From positions 810,830 through 874,829 of the forward strand of contig CAWHTE010000001.1 of NCBI GenBank assembly GCA_963832165.1: a stretch of DNA of 64,000 nucleotides, written 5' to 3'. Below the pieces are notes generated by a model that did no database searches, was not told the DNA's origin, and worked only from the letters and a program-made list of their open reading frames with translations. The DNA comes from an uncultured delta proteobacterium. GTDB lineage: Bacteria > Myxococcota_A > UBA9160 > SMWR01. Shown piece by piece: positions 9,927 to 20,079 of this stretch. A program made the translations under genes and the position numbers. Within the stretch, counting starts at the first letter, position 1, and each line of letters starts with the position of its first letter.

Positions 9927-9948
9927 GGTTTCTTATCGTGCGAGTCGC

Positions 9949-10690
9949 TTAGCGCCGAGCTCCCATGCGGCTGCCGCACGCGGCGAGCAGCACGAGGCCG
10001 AGGCCCATCAGCAGGGCCGTGCCGGGCTCGGGCACCACGAGCGCGGCCTCCGAGTGGGCGATGATGACGTCGCCGGTGACGGGGCAGGCCAGTTCCCAGG
10101 ACCACGTGGATCGCGTTCACGGCGAGCGCGAGGTTCCCCGTGAAGATCTGCTCGTTCAGTGTGATCGTGATCCCGCCCGCATTGAAGATGACCGTGTTCG
10201 GTGCGGGAGCGACCGGGACCACGACGGGGGTGCCGAACACGCTCAGGACAGCGTTCTCGATGATGGTGAAGCCGACCCCGCTGAGCACATTCTCACCGGT
10301 GACGGTCGACTCGGAATAGATCGTGGTCGCGGAAAGACTCAGAATCGCCGCGATCGAGGGGTCGGTAAGCAGGCCGTTGACCGTCGCGTTGGCTGACGCG
10401 TACTTCACTCCCGCGGCGCCATCGACGTCCGAGGCCGCGTTCACCGTCGAGACGCCGGTCGTCAGCACGCCAGGCACTGCGACGTTCGCGAGGGCGTCCG
10501 AGTCGAAGTACGGCGGCGGAGCGGAGCCCGAGGCCGTGGGCAGCGCCACGGTGGCGTTGATCAGGCCCGACAGGTTGACGTCGACACCGGCGGCATCACT
10601 GCTGCCCGCGATGACGAGCGCGCTGGCGGGAGCGCTCAGGGTGAAGACAGCTAGAAAGGAGAGCAGGAGTAATCGCTTCGACTGGTGCAT
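9949..10690 (-). CDS. PEP-CTERM sorted surface protein (choice-of-anchor P-like); one extra base at about 10081-10084
   Basis: Signal peptide; PVAPAPNTVI..ITLNEQ..VNAIHV; removing one base of the C4 run restores GDVIIAHSEA-VVPEPGTALLMGLGLVLLAACGSRMGARR*; span 742 nt = 3n+1. Confidence 0.8.
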
Positions 10691-10899
10691 ATCCCTCTTC
10701 CTCTTGAATATTCATCTTGTGCGACAGTGAGCCCGTAGCGGGGTCCACTTACAGCTCGCGTTCTTCCCGGGTCCCATAGTGCCCCCACCGATATGTAAAA
10801 GCACCGGAAATATGCACCTTGATCGAAATATTTTTGACACTCCCGGCCCCAGGGAGCCACACAGCAGGCTCCGAGCGGGTTCAGACGGGCTTCCAGAGG

Positions 10900-12060
10900 T
10901 TAGGGAGGCGAACCTGCCCCCGCGGGTCGCACCGAGACCTTGACTCGGTCGGGATGGACGGCGACCACGTCGAGCGTGTCGGGTCTGCGCACGGAATCGT
11001 CCCCGAGCGCGAACGTGCGCCGACCGAAGCGCGCCAGGTAGGCGTCGACGCGCACGCTCACCTGGTCGGGCTCGGAGAGCACGAGGTTGCGGCGGAGCCC
11101 GCGCAGCCTCACCTGGACCTCGGGCGGATCGACCGACTCGAGCTCGAGCTCGTCGGGCAGGTTCGACACCTTCACCGCGGCCGGCACGGTCACCTCGGTG
11201 AGCGCCGAGCCCGGCACGAACACGAGCCACAGCGCGAGCGCTCCCGCGGCCGCGAGCACCGCGTCGACGCCGGCGCGATCGCGCCACCAGGGAAGGCGCG
11301 CCTCTGCTTCGCGCTCGCCGCGCACCGCGATCAGCTCGTGCGCGAGGTCCTGCGGACGCGCGAGCACGCGCAGCGCGCCGTCGCGCGCCAAGGAGACCGT
11401 CCCGCGCTCCTCCGAGACCACGATGCAGGTGGCGTCGCAGCGCTCCGCGAGCCCGAGCGCGGCCGCGTGCCGGGTGCCGCCCGACCCGAGCGCCGAGCGA
11501 TTCACCGAGAGCGGCAGATGGACCGCGAAGCGCTCGAGACGCGAGCCGCGCAGGATCACCGCGCCGTCGTGCCCGGGCGAGCTCGGATCGAAGATCGAGA
11601 GCAACAGCGGCTCGGAGAGCCGCCCGTCGAGCGCGATGCCGCCCTCGACGTGGCTCTCGATCGGCTCGCGCTGCGGCAGCACGATCAGCGCGCCGACGCG
11701 CGTCGCGGCCAGGCGCGCCACGGCGCGCACGATCAGGTCGCTCACGTCGACGCCGCGGCGATCGCGCGCGTCTCCGCGGCGCAGGCTGCCGAGCTGCTCG
11801 AACAGGCGCCGGAGATCCTCCTGGAACACCACGACGAGCACGAGCACGAGCACCGCGAAGAAGCCCTGGAACAGCGAGGCCGTGAGCTGGAGCTCGAGCC
11901 CGCGCGCGAGCAGATAGACGCCGCCGAGCAGCGTGAGGCCGATGAGCGCGCGGCGTCCCCGCGTGCGGCGCACGAAGCGGATCGCCAGCCAGAGCAGGAG
12001 ACCCACGGTCGCGATGTCGACCAGGTCGCGCCAGAAGAAGATCGTGAACAGATTCGCCAT
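10900..12060 (-). CDS. cdaA: Diadenylate cyclase CdaA (3 TM + DisA_N domain) with a C-terminal TM and YbbR-like domain
   Basis: VVVFQEDLRR, GALIV, PGHDGAVI, GTRHAAALGLAE, VVSEERG; C-terminal TM then a beta-rich YbbR-like segment. Confidence 0.85.
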   Translation of the reverse strand: MANLFTIFFWRDLVDIATVGLLLWLAIRFVRRTRGRRALIGLTLLGGVYLLARGLELQLTASLFQGFFAVLVLVLVVVFQEDLRRLFEQLGSLRRGDARDRRGVDVSDLIVRAVARLAATRVGALIVLPQREPIESHVEGGIALDGRLSEPLLLSIFDPSSPGHDGAVILRGSRLERFAVHLPLSVNRSALGSGGTRHAAALGLAERCDATCIVVSEERGTVSLARDGALRVLARPQDLAHELIAVRGEREAEARLPWWRDRAGVDAVLAAAGALALWLVFVPGSALTEVTVPAAVKVSNLPDELELESVDPPEVQVRLRGLRRNLVLSEPDQVSVRVDAYLARFGRRTFALGDDSVRRPDTLDVVAVHPDRVKVSVRPAGAGSPP

Positions 12061-12067
12061 CGGTCGG

Positions 12068-13447
12068 CTATGTGCCGGGAGAGTCGGTCGGGCTCTCCGG
12101 CGTGGCGGGCGGTGCCGGGTTCATGCGCAGGCGCGCGATCCGCCGCCGCGTCACTTCGAGCACGGTCGCGACGAACGGTCCCACGCGCACCGAATCGCCC
12201 TTGTGCGGCAGGCGGCCCAGCCGCGCCGTCACGTGGCCGCCGATCGTCTCCTCGCCCTCGTCCTCCGCGTCGGAGAGCTCGAAGTCGAGCCGGTCCAGGG
12301 CCTCGGGAATCGACATGCGCCCGGACAGCTCGAAGCTCCCGCCGGGCAGCTTCACGAGCTCCTGGACCGCCTCGTCGAACTCGTCGCCGAGCGGTCCCAC
12401 GATCTCTTCGAGCGCGTCCTCGCGGAACGCGAGCCCGATCGCCGTGCCGTGCTCGTCGAGCACCACCGCGCAGTGCTGCCGCTGACGCTGGAGCTCGAGC
12501 AGGAAATCGGACAGCGACATCGTGTCCGAGACGAAGAGCGGCGGGTTCACGAGCTCGCGCAGGTCGGGAGTTTCGCCGCGCAACAACACGTCGAGCACGT
12601 CCTTCGAGTGCAGGAAGCCCACGATCGTGTCGAGCCCGAGCTCGCACACGGGAAGCCGCGAGTGGCGGCTGGAGCGGACCCGCTCGAGGTTCGCCTCGAG
12701 GCTGTGTTCGAGCGTGACGAACTCGACGTCGACGCGCGGCACCACCACGTGCCGCACCTCGAGCTCGATCATCCGGAACACATTGGCCGTGAGCTCGTGC
12801 TCGCGCTCGGAGATGTGGCCGGCGCTCGCCGACAGCGAGAGGATGCTGCGGATCTCCTCGGCGGTGGGACTGCCCGCGGTGCCGAGATCGGCGCGCAGCC
12901 CGACCAGGCGGAGCAGCGCGTTGGACATGGCATTGATCGCGACGATGAACGGCCCGAACAGCCACGCGAACCCGTACAGGATCGGGGCGGTGCGCAGTGC
13001 GATGCCCTCGGCGCGCCGCAGCGCCCACATCTTCGGCGCCTGCTCGCCGAGCGTCATGTGGAGCGTGGTGATGATCACGAAGGCGATCCCGATCGACACG
13101 ACGGGCACCCAGGCCGCGCCGGGGTCGACGGCGACGCCGAGCGCATCGAGTGCCGCGATCAGCACCACGGAGACGGCCGGCTCACCCAGCGCACCCAGGA
13201 TCAGGCTCGCGAGCGTGATCCCGAGCTGACACGCCGACAGGTAGCGGTCGAGATGCTGGAGGATGTGCTTCGCGGTGTGCGCGGAGCGCCGCCCCTCGCC
13301 CGCGAGCTGCTCGATCCGCGACTCGCGCACCTTCACGAGCGCGAACTCGGCCGCGACGAAGAAGCCGTTCAGCAGCACGAAGAAGAGGGTGGCGCCGAGC
13401 CGCCACGCGACCCCGAACAGGTCGAGCGAAGGGTGGACTTCGGTCAA
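12068..13447 (-). CDS. Hemolysin-family CNNM/CBS/CorC transporter
   Basis: NGFFVAAEFAL, CQLGITLAS, GEQAPK, HSRLPV, VVLDEHG, EEIVG. Confidence 0.9.
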   Translation of the reverse strand: MTEVHPSLDLFGVAWRLGATLFFVLLNGFFVAAEFALVKVRESRIEQLAGEGRRSAHTAKHILQHLDRYLSACQLGITLASLILGALGEPAVSVVLIAALDALGVAVDPGAAWVPVVSIGIAFVIITTLHMTLGEQAPKMWALRRAEGIALRTAPILYGFAWLFGPFIVAINAMSNALLRLVGLRADLGTAGSPTAEEIRSILSLSASAGHISEREHELTANVFRMIELEVRHVVVPRVDVEFVTLEHSLEANLERVRSSRHSRLPVCELGLDTIVGFLHSKDVLDVLLRGETPDLRELVNPPLFVSDTMSLSDFLLELQRQRQHCAVVLDEHGTAIGLAFREDALEEIVGPLGDEFDEAVQELVKLPGGSFELSGRMSIPEALDRLDFELSDAEDEGEETIGGHVTARLGRLPHKGDSVRVGPFVATVLEVTRRRIARLRMNPAPPATPESPTDSPGT

Positions 13448-13511
13448 CGCACCGCCCCTCCGCGAGAGGTACCGCGGCGCGGATCGCGCCGCCAGCGGAT
13501 CCGGCGCCCGT

Positions 13512-14267
13512 TCACTCCGCCTGCGGCAGGGGGCGTCCGGAACCCGCTGCCCTTCCGCGTTTTGCGCGCAGGTTCAGCACCTCCACGAACAGCGAGAACG
13601 CCATCGCGGAGTAGACGTATCCCTTCGGAACGTGCTGATCGAATCCCTCCGCGACCAGCATCACGCCGATCAGGAGCAGGAACGAGAGCGCGAGCATCTT
13701 GATCGTGGGATGTCGCTCGATGAACTTCGAGATCGCGCCGGCCGAGATCATCATCACGCCGATGGCGATGATGATCGCCGCGATCATTACGGGGACGTCG
13801 TCGGCCATCCCGACCGCCGTGATCACCGAGTCGAGCGAGAACACGAGGTCGAGCAGCAGGATCTGGACGATTACGGACGTGAACGAGGCGGCGATGCGCT
13901 CGGCGTCGGGATGATCGCTGCCCTCCTCCATCTTCTCGTGGATCTCGAACGTGCTCTTCCCGATCAGGAACAGGCCTCCCCCGATCAGGATCAGGTCGCG
14001 CCCCGAGAAACCCTCGCCGAAGATCGCGAAGAGGTCGGTGGTCAGGCGCATGATCCACGCGATCGAGAGCAGCAGCGCCACGCGCCCGAACATCGCGAGC
14101 GCGAGCCCGATCATGCGCGCCCGCGCCTGCCTCTCGCGCGGGAGGCGATCCGAGAGGATCGAGATGAAGACGATGTTGTCGATGCCGAGCACGATCTCGA
14201 GCGCAGTGAGCGTCGCGAGCGCGATCCAGGCCTGCGGGTCGCTGATCCAGCTGATCCAGTCGAACAT
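13512..14267 (-). CDS. TerC family membrane protein
   Basis: LEIVLGIDN, GLFLIGKSTFEIH, DLVFSLDSVITAVG, PKGYVYSAMAFS. Confidence 0.92.
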   Translation of the reverse strand: MFDWISWISDPQAWIALATLTALEIVLGIDNIVFISILSDRLPRERQARARMIGLALAMFGRVALLLSIAWIMRLTTDLFAIFGEGFSGRDLILIGGGLFLIGKSTFEIHEKMEEGSDHPDAERIAASFTSVIVQILLLDLVFSLDSVITAVGMADDVPVMIAAIIIAIGVMMISAGAISKFIERHPTIKMLALSFLLLIGVMLVAEGFDQHVPKGYVYSAMAFSLFVEVLNLRAKRGRAAGSGRPLPQAE

Positions 14268-14310
14268 CGGTGGAGATTTCGTGCGGGGCGAGTTCGGATC
14301 GCAGTAGTAG

Positions 14311-14386
14311 TGGTGGCCCAGGCCAGAGTCGAACTGGCGACACCCGCATTTTCAGTGCGGTGCTCTACCAACTGAGCTACCGGGCC
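14311..14386 (-). tRNA. trnF: tRNA-Phe (GAA)
   Basis: GGCCCGGTAGCTCAGTTGGTAGAGCACCGCACTGAAAATGCGGGTGTCGCCAGTTCGACTCTGGCCTGGGCCACCA: 76 nt cloverleaf with encoded CCA. Confidence 0.97.
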
Positions 14387-14496
14387 ACGGGGGTGGGAAG
14401 CTAGCCGTTCGCGCTGGGTGGGTCGAGCATGCGACGAGCTGCGCGCGTGTGTTTCGAGATCACGGCGCGCGCGCGCGTGCGTGGTAGCTTGCCGTC

Positions 14497-16245
14497 ATGA
14501 TTCGCCGCCGCACCCGCACTTCGTCCCTCGCACTCGCACTGCTCGCGTTCGCGACGTTCGCCGCACCGATCCGCGCCGCGGCGCCGTCTCCCGCGTACGG
14601 CACGCGCGGAATGGTGGTGGCCTCCGAGATCGAAGCGGCGCGCGCGGGTCGCGCGATGTTCGAGCGCGGCGGCAATGCCGTCGACGCGGCGATCGCGACG
14701 GCTTTCGCGCTCGCCGTGACGCAGCCGTTCTCGGCCGGGTTCGGCGGCGGTGCCTTCCTGCTGATCCGAACCGGCCTCGGTGAGGTGCTCGCGATCGACG
14801 CGCGCGAGACCGCGCCGGCCGCCGCGACCCGCGACATGTACCGGCAGCCCGGGGTGCCCGAGGGCGCTTCGCTCTCGGGCCCGCTCGCGGTCGCGACGCC
14901 GGGCTTCATCGCGGGCTGCGCGCTCGCGCTCGAGCGCTGGGGCACGTTCGGGCTCTCCGACGTGCTCGCGCCGGCGATCGAGCTCGCGGAGAACGGCTTC
15001 GCGATCGGGCCCTATCACGCGCACATGATCGAGGCCATGCGCGAGCGCGGGCTCGCCAAGCGGTTTCCCGAGACGGCGCGCATCCAGTTCCCGCCCGAGG
15101 GCACGCCGGCGCGGCCGGGCTGGCGACTCGTGCAGCGCGACCTCGCTGCGACACTTCGCCGTGTTGCTTCCGAGGGTCCGGGTGTGCTCACCCACGGCGA
15201 GATCGCGGATGCGCTCGCGACCGCGGTGCGCTCGCGCGGCGGGATCCTGACCCGCGACGACATCGCCGCCTATCAGCCGGTGATCCGCGACCCCGTCGTG
15301 GGCAGCTACCGGGGCTACGCGGTCTACACCTTCCCGCCGCCGTCGTCGGGTGGTCTGGCGCTGATCGAGGCGCTCAACGTGTTGGAGGGCTTCCAGCTCG
15401 CACCGCTCGGTGCAGGCTCGTCGGAGAGCATCCACCGGATCGCCGAGGTGATGAAGCTCTCGTTCGCGGACACGCTCGCGTTCGTGGGCGATCCCGACTT
15501 CGTCTCCGTGCCGGCCTCGCGTCTGATCGCGAAGCCCTACGCCGCGCAGCTGCGCAAGCGCCTCCGGCCGATCCGATTGCCCTGGTGGCAACGCGCCCCG
15601 TGGAACTGGTTCGAGGGCGAGCGCCCGATCCGCGTCGAGGGTCCGGGCCTGCCCGCGCGCGACGCCGGCACGACGCACTTGTCCGCGATCGACGCGGCGG
15701 GCAACGCGGTGGCGCTCACGATGACGATCAACACGCCGTACGGCTCGGGCATCACCGCCGAGCACACGGGCATCCTGCTCAACAACGAGATGGACGACTT
15801 CGCGATCGCGCCGGACCAGCCCAACACCTATGGACTCGTCGACAAGCGCGGGGCGAACGCGATCGCGCCGCGCAAGCGTCCCCGGTCGAGCATGACGCCG
15901 ACGATCGTCGAAAAGGGGGGACAGCTGTTCATGGTGACGGGCAGTCCGGGCGGGCCGCGCATCATCAGCACCACGCTGCTCTCGATGCTCAACGTGATCG
16001 ACTACGGCATGGACGCCTCGGCCGCGGTGTCGGCCCCGCGCTTCCACCATCAGTGGGTTCCCGACGTGCTCTACCTCGAGCCGGAGACCGCGCTCGACGT
16101 CGTGGACGCGCTGCGCGCCCGCGGCCATACCGTGGAGGTGGAGCAGCGCGACTGGTCGGCCGCCGAGGCGATCGTCGTCGATCCCAGCGGCGCGTTCTGG
16201 GGCGGCAGCGATCCGCGGCGCGATGGGATGGCGGCCGGTTACTGA
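14497..16245 (+). CDS. ggt: Gamma-glutamyltransferase
   Basis: Signal peptide; GGNAVDAA, IDARETAP, PPPSSGG, nucleophile TTHLS, LNNEMDDF, SSMTPT, GSPGG. Confidence 0.95.
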   Translation: MIRRRTRTSSLALALLAFATFAAPIRAAAPSPAYGTRGMVVASEIEAARAGRAMFERGGNAVDAAIATAFALAVTQPFSAGFGGGAFLLIRTGLGEVLAIDARETAPAAATRDMYRQPGVPEGASLSGPLAVATPGFIAGCALALERWGTFGLSDVLAPAIELAENGFAIGPYHAHMIEAMRERGLAKRFPETARIQFPPEGTPARPGWRLVQRDLAATLRRVASEGPGVLTHGEIADALATAVRSRGGILTRDDIAAYQPVIRDPVVGSYRGYAVYTFPPPSSGGLALIEALNVLEGFQLAPLGAGSSESIHRIAEVMKLSFADTLAFVGDPDFVSVPASRLIAKPYAAQLRKRLRPIRLPWWQRAPWNWFEGERPIRVEGPGLPARDAGTTHLSAIDAAGNAVALTMTINTPYGSGITAEHTGILLNNEMDDFAIAPDQPNTYGLVDKRGANAIAPRKRPRSSMTPTIVEKGGQLFMVTGSPGGPRIISTTLLSMLNVIDYGMDASAAVSAPRFHHQWVPDVLYLEPETALDVVDALRARGHTVEVEQRDWSAAEAIVVDPSGAFWGGSDPRRDGMAAGY

Positions 16246-18828
16246 TCAGCCCGCGCCCGGCTCGCCGCGCACGACCGCTTCGGTGTAGGCGCCGAGGTCG
16301 ATGATCCGCTGCGCCACGCGCAGCACGTCCTTTCCCGTCACGGCGCGAATCCGCTCCGGATAGGCGCGGCTCGCGCCGGCGCCGAGCCCGTAGAGCGCAT
16401 TGAGACTGCTCTGCGCCGCGTGCACTGCGTTGCGCTGGTGGTCGATCGCGAAGTTGCCCACGAGATGGCGGCGCGCGGCCTCGAGCTCGCCTTCGTGCGG
16501 CTCTGCGTCGAGCAGTCGCGAGAGCTGCTCGAACAGCCCGACGCGCGCCGCGGCGAGCTTCTCCGGCGCGGTCGCGATGTATACGGCGAAGTAGCCCGGC
16601 GCGAGGCCCTCCACACTGGTCGCGGTCACCGAATACGCGAGGCCCTGTTTGTCGCGGAGCTCGAGGAACATCCTTCCGCTCTGGCCCGCGAGCAGCTGCG
16701 TGATGACTTCGAGCGCGAAGCGATCGTCGTCGGCCACGGAGACGCCGCGGAAGCCGATCACGAGATGCGCCTGGGCGCGATCCTTCACGATCTCGGCGCG
16801 GCGGATCTCGCGCGGCGGATCCTCGAGCGGCGGAGAGGGAAGCTCGAAGTCGCCGCCGTCGAGCGCGGCGAGGCGCACCGCGAGGCCCTGCGCGACGGCG
16901 TCCGGGTCGACGTCGCCCGACACCGCGATCACGAGATTGCTCGGGCGCACGAGCCGCTCGTAGTGCGCCACCACGGCGTCGCAATCGAGCGCCGAGATCA
17001 CCTCGGCGCTGCCGAGCGTGGGCATGCGATAGGGATGCTCGAGGAACAGATGCTCGGCGAGCAGCTGGAACGCGCGCTGGCCGAGGCGGTCTTCGCGGCG
17101 CTCGATCGCGGCGAGCGTCTCGGCGCGTTCGCGCTCGAGCTCGGCCGGGTCGAATGCGGGCTCGATCAGCACTTCGGTGAACAGGTCGAGCGCGGGCTCG
17201 AGCGCGGCGCTGGGCGCGTCGAGCGTCACGCCGAAGCTGCTGCGCCCCGAGAAGACGTCGATGTCCGCGGCGCGGCTCTCGACCGCGCGCGCGAACGCGG
17301 CTGCCGAATGGCTCTCGGTGCCGCGCATCCACATCGAGGCGAGAAACGCCGTGAGCCCCGACGTGGACGGATCCTCCGCGAGCAGCCCGCCGCGCAGCGC
17401 GGCGCGCGCCGCGATCACGGGCACGCTGCGGCGCGGCACGACGTGCAGCTCCGCGCCGCCCGGCAGCGCATAGCTCACGAGCTCGGGCTCGCGCGAGCGC
17501 ACGACCGGCGGCGACGCCGCGCGCGACGCGCGCTCCACCCCGCGCATCACCGCGCGCCGGATCGCCGCGTCGTCGATCGCGCCGCGATCGGCGTCGGGCA
17601 GCAGTACGCCGACCGTGAGCGCGTCCTGGCGCCATCTCGTGTGCGCGACGCGCAGCAGATCGTCGGGGGTCGCCGTGCGAACCGCGTCGAGATAGCGCGC
17701 TTCGGTCTCGAGGCTGCCGCCGTTCACGAGGAAGCTGCCGAGCTTCGCCGCGAGGCCCGACACGCTCTCGCGCTCGAAGTGCTCCGAGGTCAGGAAGTTG
17801 ATGCGCGCCTTCTCGATCTCTTCGGCGGAAACGGGATGGGCGCGCAGGCGCTCGATCTCCGCGATCGTGGCCTCGAGCGCTTGCGCGGCGCGCGGCGCAT
17901 CCGTGTCGAAATCGATCGTGGTGGTTCCGGGGTCGAACGGTGTGTAGGACCAGGCGTCGATCCGGTCCACGAGCCCGTCGCGCTCCTTCACCGCGCGTAC
18001 GAGTCGGCTGCTCTCGCAGTTTCCGAGCAGGAAGGACACGAGATCGAGATAGGGCGCATCCGGATGCGAGAGTGCGAGGCCCGGGTACGCGATCTCGATC
18101 GAAGCGCGCTCGAACGGCCGCGCGAGCACCGCCGAGCGCAGCTCGCGCTGCGCGGGCTCGCTGCGCCGATCGCGGCGCGCGCCGCTCGGCGCGAGCCCCG
18201 TGAACGCGCGCCGGATCGACTCGAGCACGTTGGCGCGGTCGAACTGGCCCACTGCGATCGCGACCAGGTTGTCCGGCGCGTACCAGCGCTCGTAGAAGCG
18301 GCGCACGCGCGCGCGGTCGAAGCTGGCGACGCTCTCGGGTGTACCCAGGATCGGATGGCGATACGGATGCTCGGCGAAGACCGAGTCGAACACGGCGTTG
18401 GACAGCACGCTGCCCGGGGAATCCTCGCTGCGCCGGATCTCCTCGAGCACCACCTCGATCTCGCGCGCGATCTCGCCGGGATCGAACAGCGAGTGGAGAA
18501 CCGCGTCGCAGAGCACGTCGATGCCGGTCTCGAACGCGTCCGCGGGCGTCGTCGCGTGGTAGACGGTCACGTCGTGGGACGTGTAGGCGTTGATGCGCCC
18601 GCCTGCGCCCTCGACCTCGCCCGCGATCTGGCCGAGGCCGCGCCGCTCGGTGCCCTTGAACAGCATGTGCTCGTGGAAGTGGGCGAGGCCGCGCTCGTCC
18701 GGACGTTCGTCGGCAGATCCCGCACGCGCCCAGAGCTGGAACTCGGCGACCGGCGCGGTGTCGGTCTCGAGGAGCACGACGGTGAGCCCGTTCGGGAGCT
18801 GCTCACAGTGGACAGAGCGCTGGCTCAC
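16246..18828 (-). CDS. M16 family zinc protease (two-module, PqqL-like)
   Basis: GLAHFHEHMLFKGT (HxxEH), NAYTS; second degenerate M16 half; ELRDKQGLAYSV. Confidence 0.92.
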   Translation of the reverse strand: MSQRSVHCEQLPNGLTVVLLETDTAPVAEFQLWARAGSADERPDERGLAHFHEHMLFKGTERRGLGQIAGEVEGAGGRINAYTSHDVTVYHATTPADAFETGIDVLCDAVLHSLFDPGEIAREIEVVLEEIRRSEDSPGSVLSNAVFDSVFAEHPYRHPILGTPESVASFDRARVRRFYERWYAPDNLVAIAVGQFDRANVLESIRRAFTGLAPSGARRDRRSEPAQRELRSAVLARPFERASIEIAYPGLALSHPDAPYLDLVSFLLGNCESSRLVRAVKERDGLVDRIDAWSYTPFDPGTTTIDFDTDAPRAAQALEATIAEIERLRAHPVSAEEIEKARINFLTSEHFERESVSGLAAKLGSFLVNGGSLETEARYLDAVRTATPDDLLRVAHTRWRQDALTVGVLLPDADRGAIDDAAIRRAVMRGVERASRAASPPVVRSREPELVSYALPGGAELHVVPRRSVPVIAARAALRGGLLAEDPSTSGLTAFLASMWMRGTESHSAAAFARAVESRAADIDVFSGRSSFGVTLDAPSAALEPALDLFTEVLIEPAFDPAELERERAETLAAIERREDRLGQRAFQLLAEHLFLEHPYRMPTLGSAEVISALDCDAVVAHYERLVRPSNLVIAVSGDVDPDAVAQGLAVRLAALDGGDFELPSPPLEDPPREIRRAEIVKDRAQAHLVIGFRGVSVADDDRFALEVITQLLAGQSGRMFLELRDKQGLAYSVTATSVEGLAPGYFAVYIATAPEKLAAARVGLFEQLSRLLDAEPHEGELEAARRHLVGNFAIDHQRNAVHAAQSSLNALYGLGAGASRAYPERIRAVTGKDVLRVAQRIIDLGAYTEAVVRGEPGAG

Positions 18829-18874
18829 GATCCGTCCAGCGTACCCGAGGCCCCGAGCGTACGCTCTCTCGGCG

Positions 18875-20032
18875 ATGGACGATCTCGGCGTCTACCTGCA
18901 CGTGCCGTTCTGCGAGCGGATCTGTCCGTACTGCGACTTCGCCGTGATCGCGGCGCGCTCGCTCGGCCGCGCCGCCGAACAGGAGTACGTGGCCGCGCTG
19001 CTGGCGGAGCTCGCGGTGCGCCGCGCCGAATTTGCGGGGCACCGGCTCGCGACGATCTATCTCGGCGGCGGCACGCCGTCGCTGCTTTCGCCGCACAGCG
19101 TGCGCGAGCTGCTCGACGCGGTGCACGGGGCATTTTCGGGCGAGCCCGCCGAGGTGACGCTCGAGGTCAATCCCAGCACGCTCGAGCGCGAGCGGCTGCC
19201 CGGCTTCCGAGACGCGGGAGTCGATCGCGTGTCGGTCGGGATCCAATCGTTCGACGACACCACGCTGCGACGTCTGGGCCGGGCCCATCGCGCGCGCGAG
19301 GGCCATCTCACGCTCGCAGCGTGCCGCGCGGCCGGATTCGCGCGAATGTCGCTCGACCTGATCGCGGCGGCGCCCGGCCAGGACCTCGCATCGTTCGAGC
19401 GCGACCTCGGGGCCGCAGTCTCCGCGGCGCCCGACCACGTGTCGGTCTACGAGCTCACGCTCGAGCCCGGCACACCGTTCGCTCGCGCGGCGCAGAGCGG
19501 CCGCCTCGCGCTCGCGGACGAGGAGATTGCAGTGCGCATGCTCGAGCGGACCGAGGAGCAGCTGGGCGCGGCGGGCTACCGCCGCTACGAGATCTCGAGC
19601 TATGCGCGGCCCGGGCGCGAGGCGATTCACAACCAGCGCTACTGGAACCGCCGACCCGTGCTCGGCCTCGGCATGGGCGCGGTGTCGAACGATCCGCCCA
19701 CAGCGGACTCGCCGCACGGCACGCGCCGCACGAACCCGCGCACGCTCGACGCCTATCTCGCGGTCGTCGCAGGAGTGCGCGATGCGGAGATCGAGGCGCT
19801 CTCGCCGCAGGTGGCGCGCGGCGAGGCGGTCTTTCTGGCGCTGCGCACCGCAGCGGGTCTCGATGCGGAGCGCTTCGCTTCCGAGTTCGGATCGCCGCCG
19901 CGCGAGTTCTTCGGCGATGCGATCGAGGCGCTTCGTGCGCAGGGTCTGCTCGAGGAGGCAGACACGGGTCGACTGTCGCTCACACCCCGCGGGCGAATGT
20001 TGTCGGACTCGGTCTTCGCACACTTCGTCTGA
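18875..20032 (+). CDS. hemW: Radical SAM heme chaperone HemW
   Basis: YLHVPFCERICPYCDF, GGGTPS, YEISSYA, HNQRYW; position upstream of hrcA. Confidence 0.92.
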   Translation: MDDLGVYLHVPFCERICPYCDFAVIAARSLGRAAEQEYVAALLAELAVRRAEFAGHRLATIYLGGGTPSLLSPHSVRELLDAVHGAFSGEPAEVTLEVNPSTLERERLPGFRDAGVDRVSVGIQSFDDTTLRRLGRAHRAREGHLTLAACRAAGFARMSLDLIAAAPGQDLASFERDLGAAVSAAPDHVSVYELTLEPGTPFARAAQSGRLALADEEIAVRMLERTEEQLGAAGYRRYEISSYARPGREAIHNQRYWNRRPVLGLGMGAVSNDPPTADSPHGTRRTNPRTLDAYLAVVAGVRDAEIEALSPQVARGEAVFLALRTAAGLDAERFASEFGSPPREFFGDAIEALRAQGLLEEADTGRLSLTPRGRMLSDSVFAHFV

Positions 20033-20079
20033 CCGGGAGCTTGGGGTAACTTGGGTTCGTGGTGAGGAACGGACCGCCG

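Noticed and set aside
10081..10084. Programmed frameshift or phase variation removing the PEP-CTERM anchor
   Set aside because: Only a 4-base run with no recoding signal; it fits the insertion-error pattern seen elsewhere.
10691..10899. Sigma54 promoter for the PEP-CTERM gene
   Set aside because: The region is AT-richer than its surroundings, but no convincing TGGCAC-N5-TTGC was found on the coding strand.
14268..14400. tRNA-Phe as an island or prophage attachment site
   Set aside because: No integrase, no duplicated tRNA 3' end seen, and the flanking genes look native.
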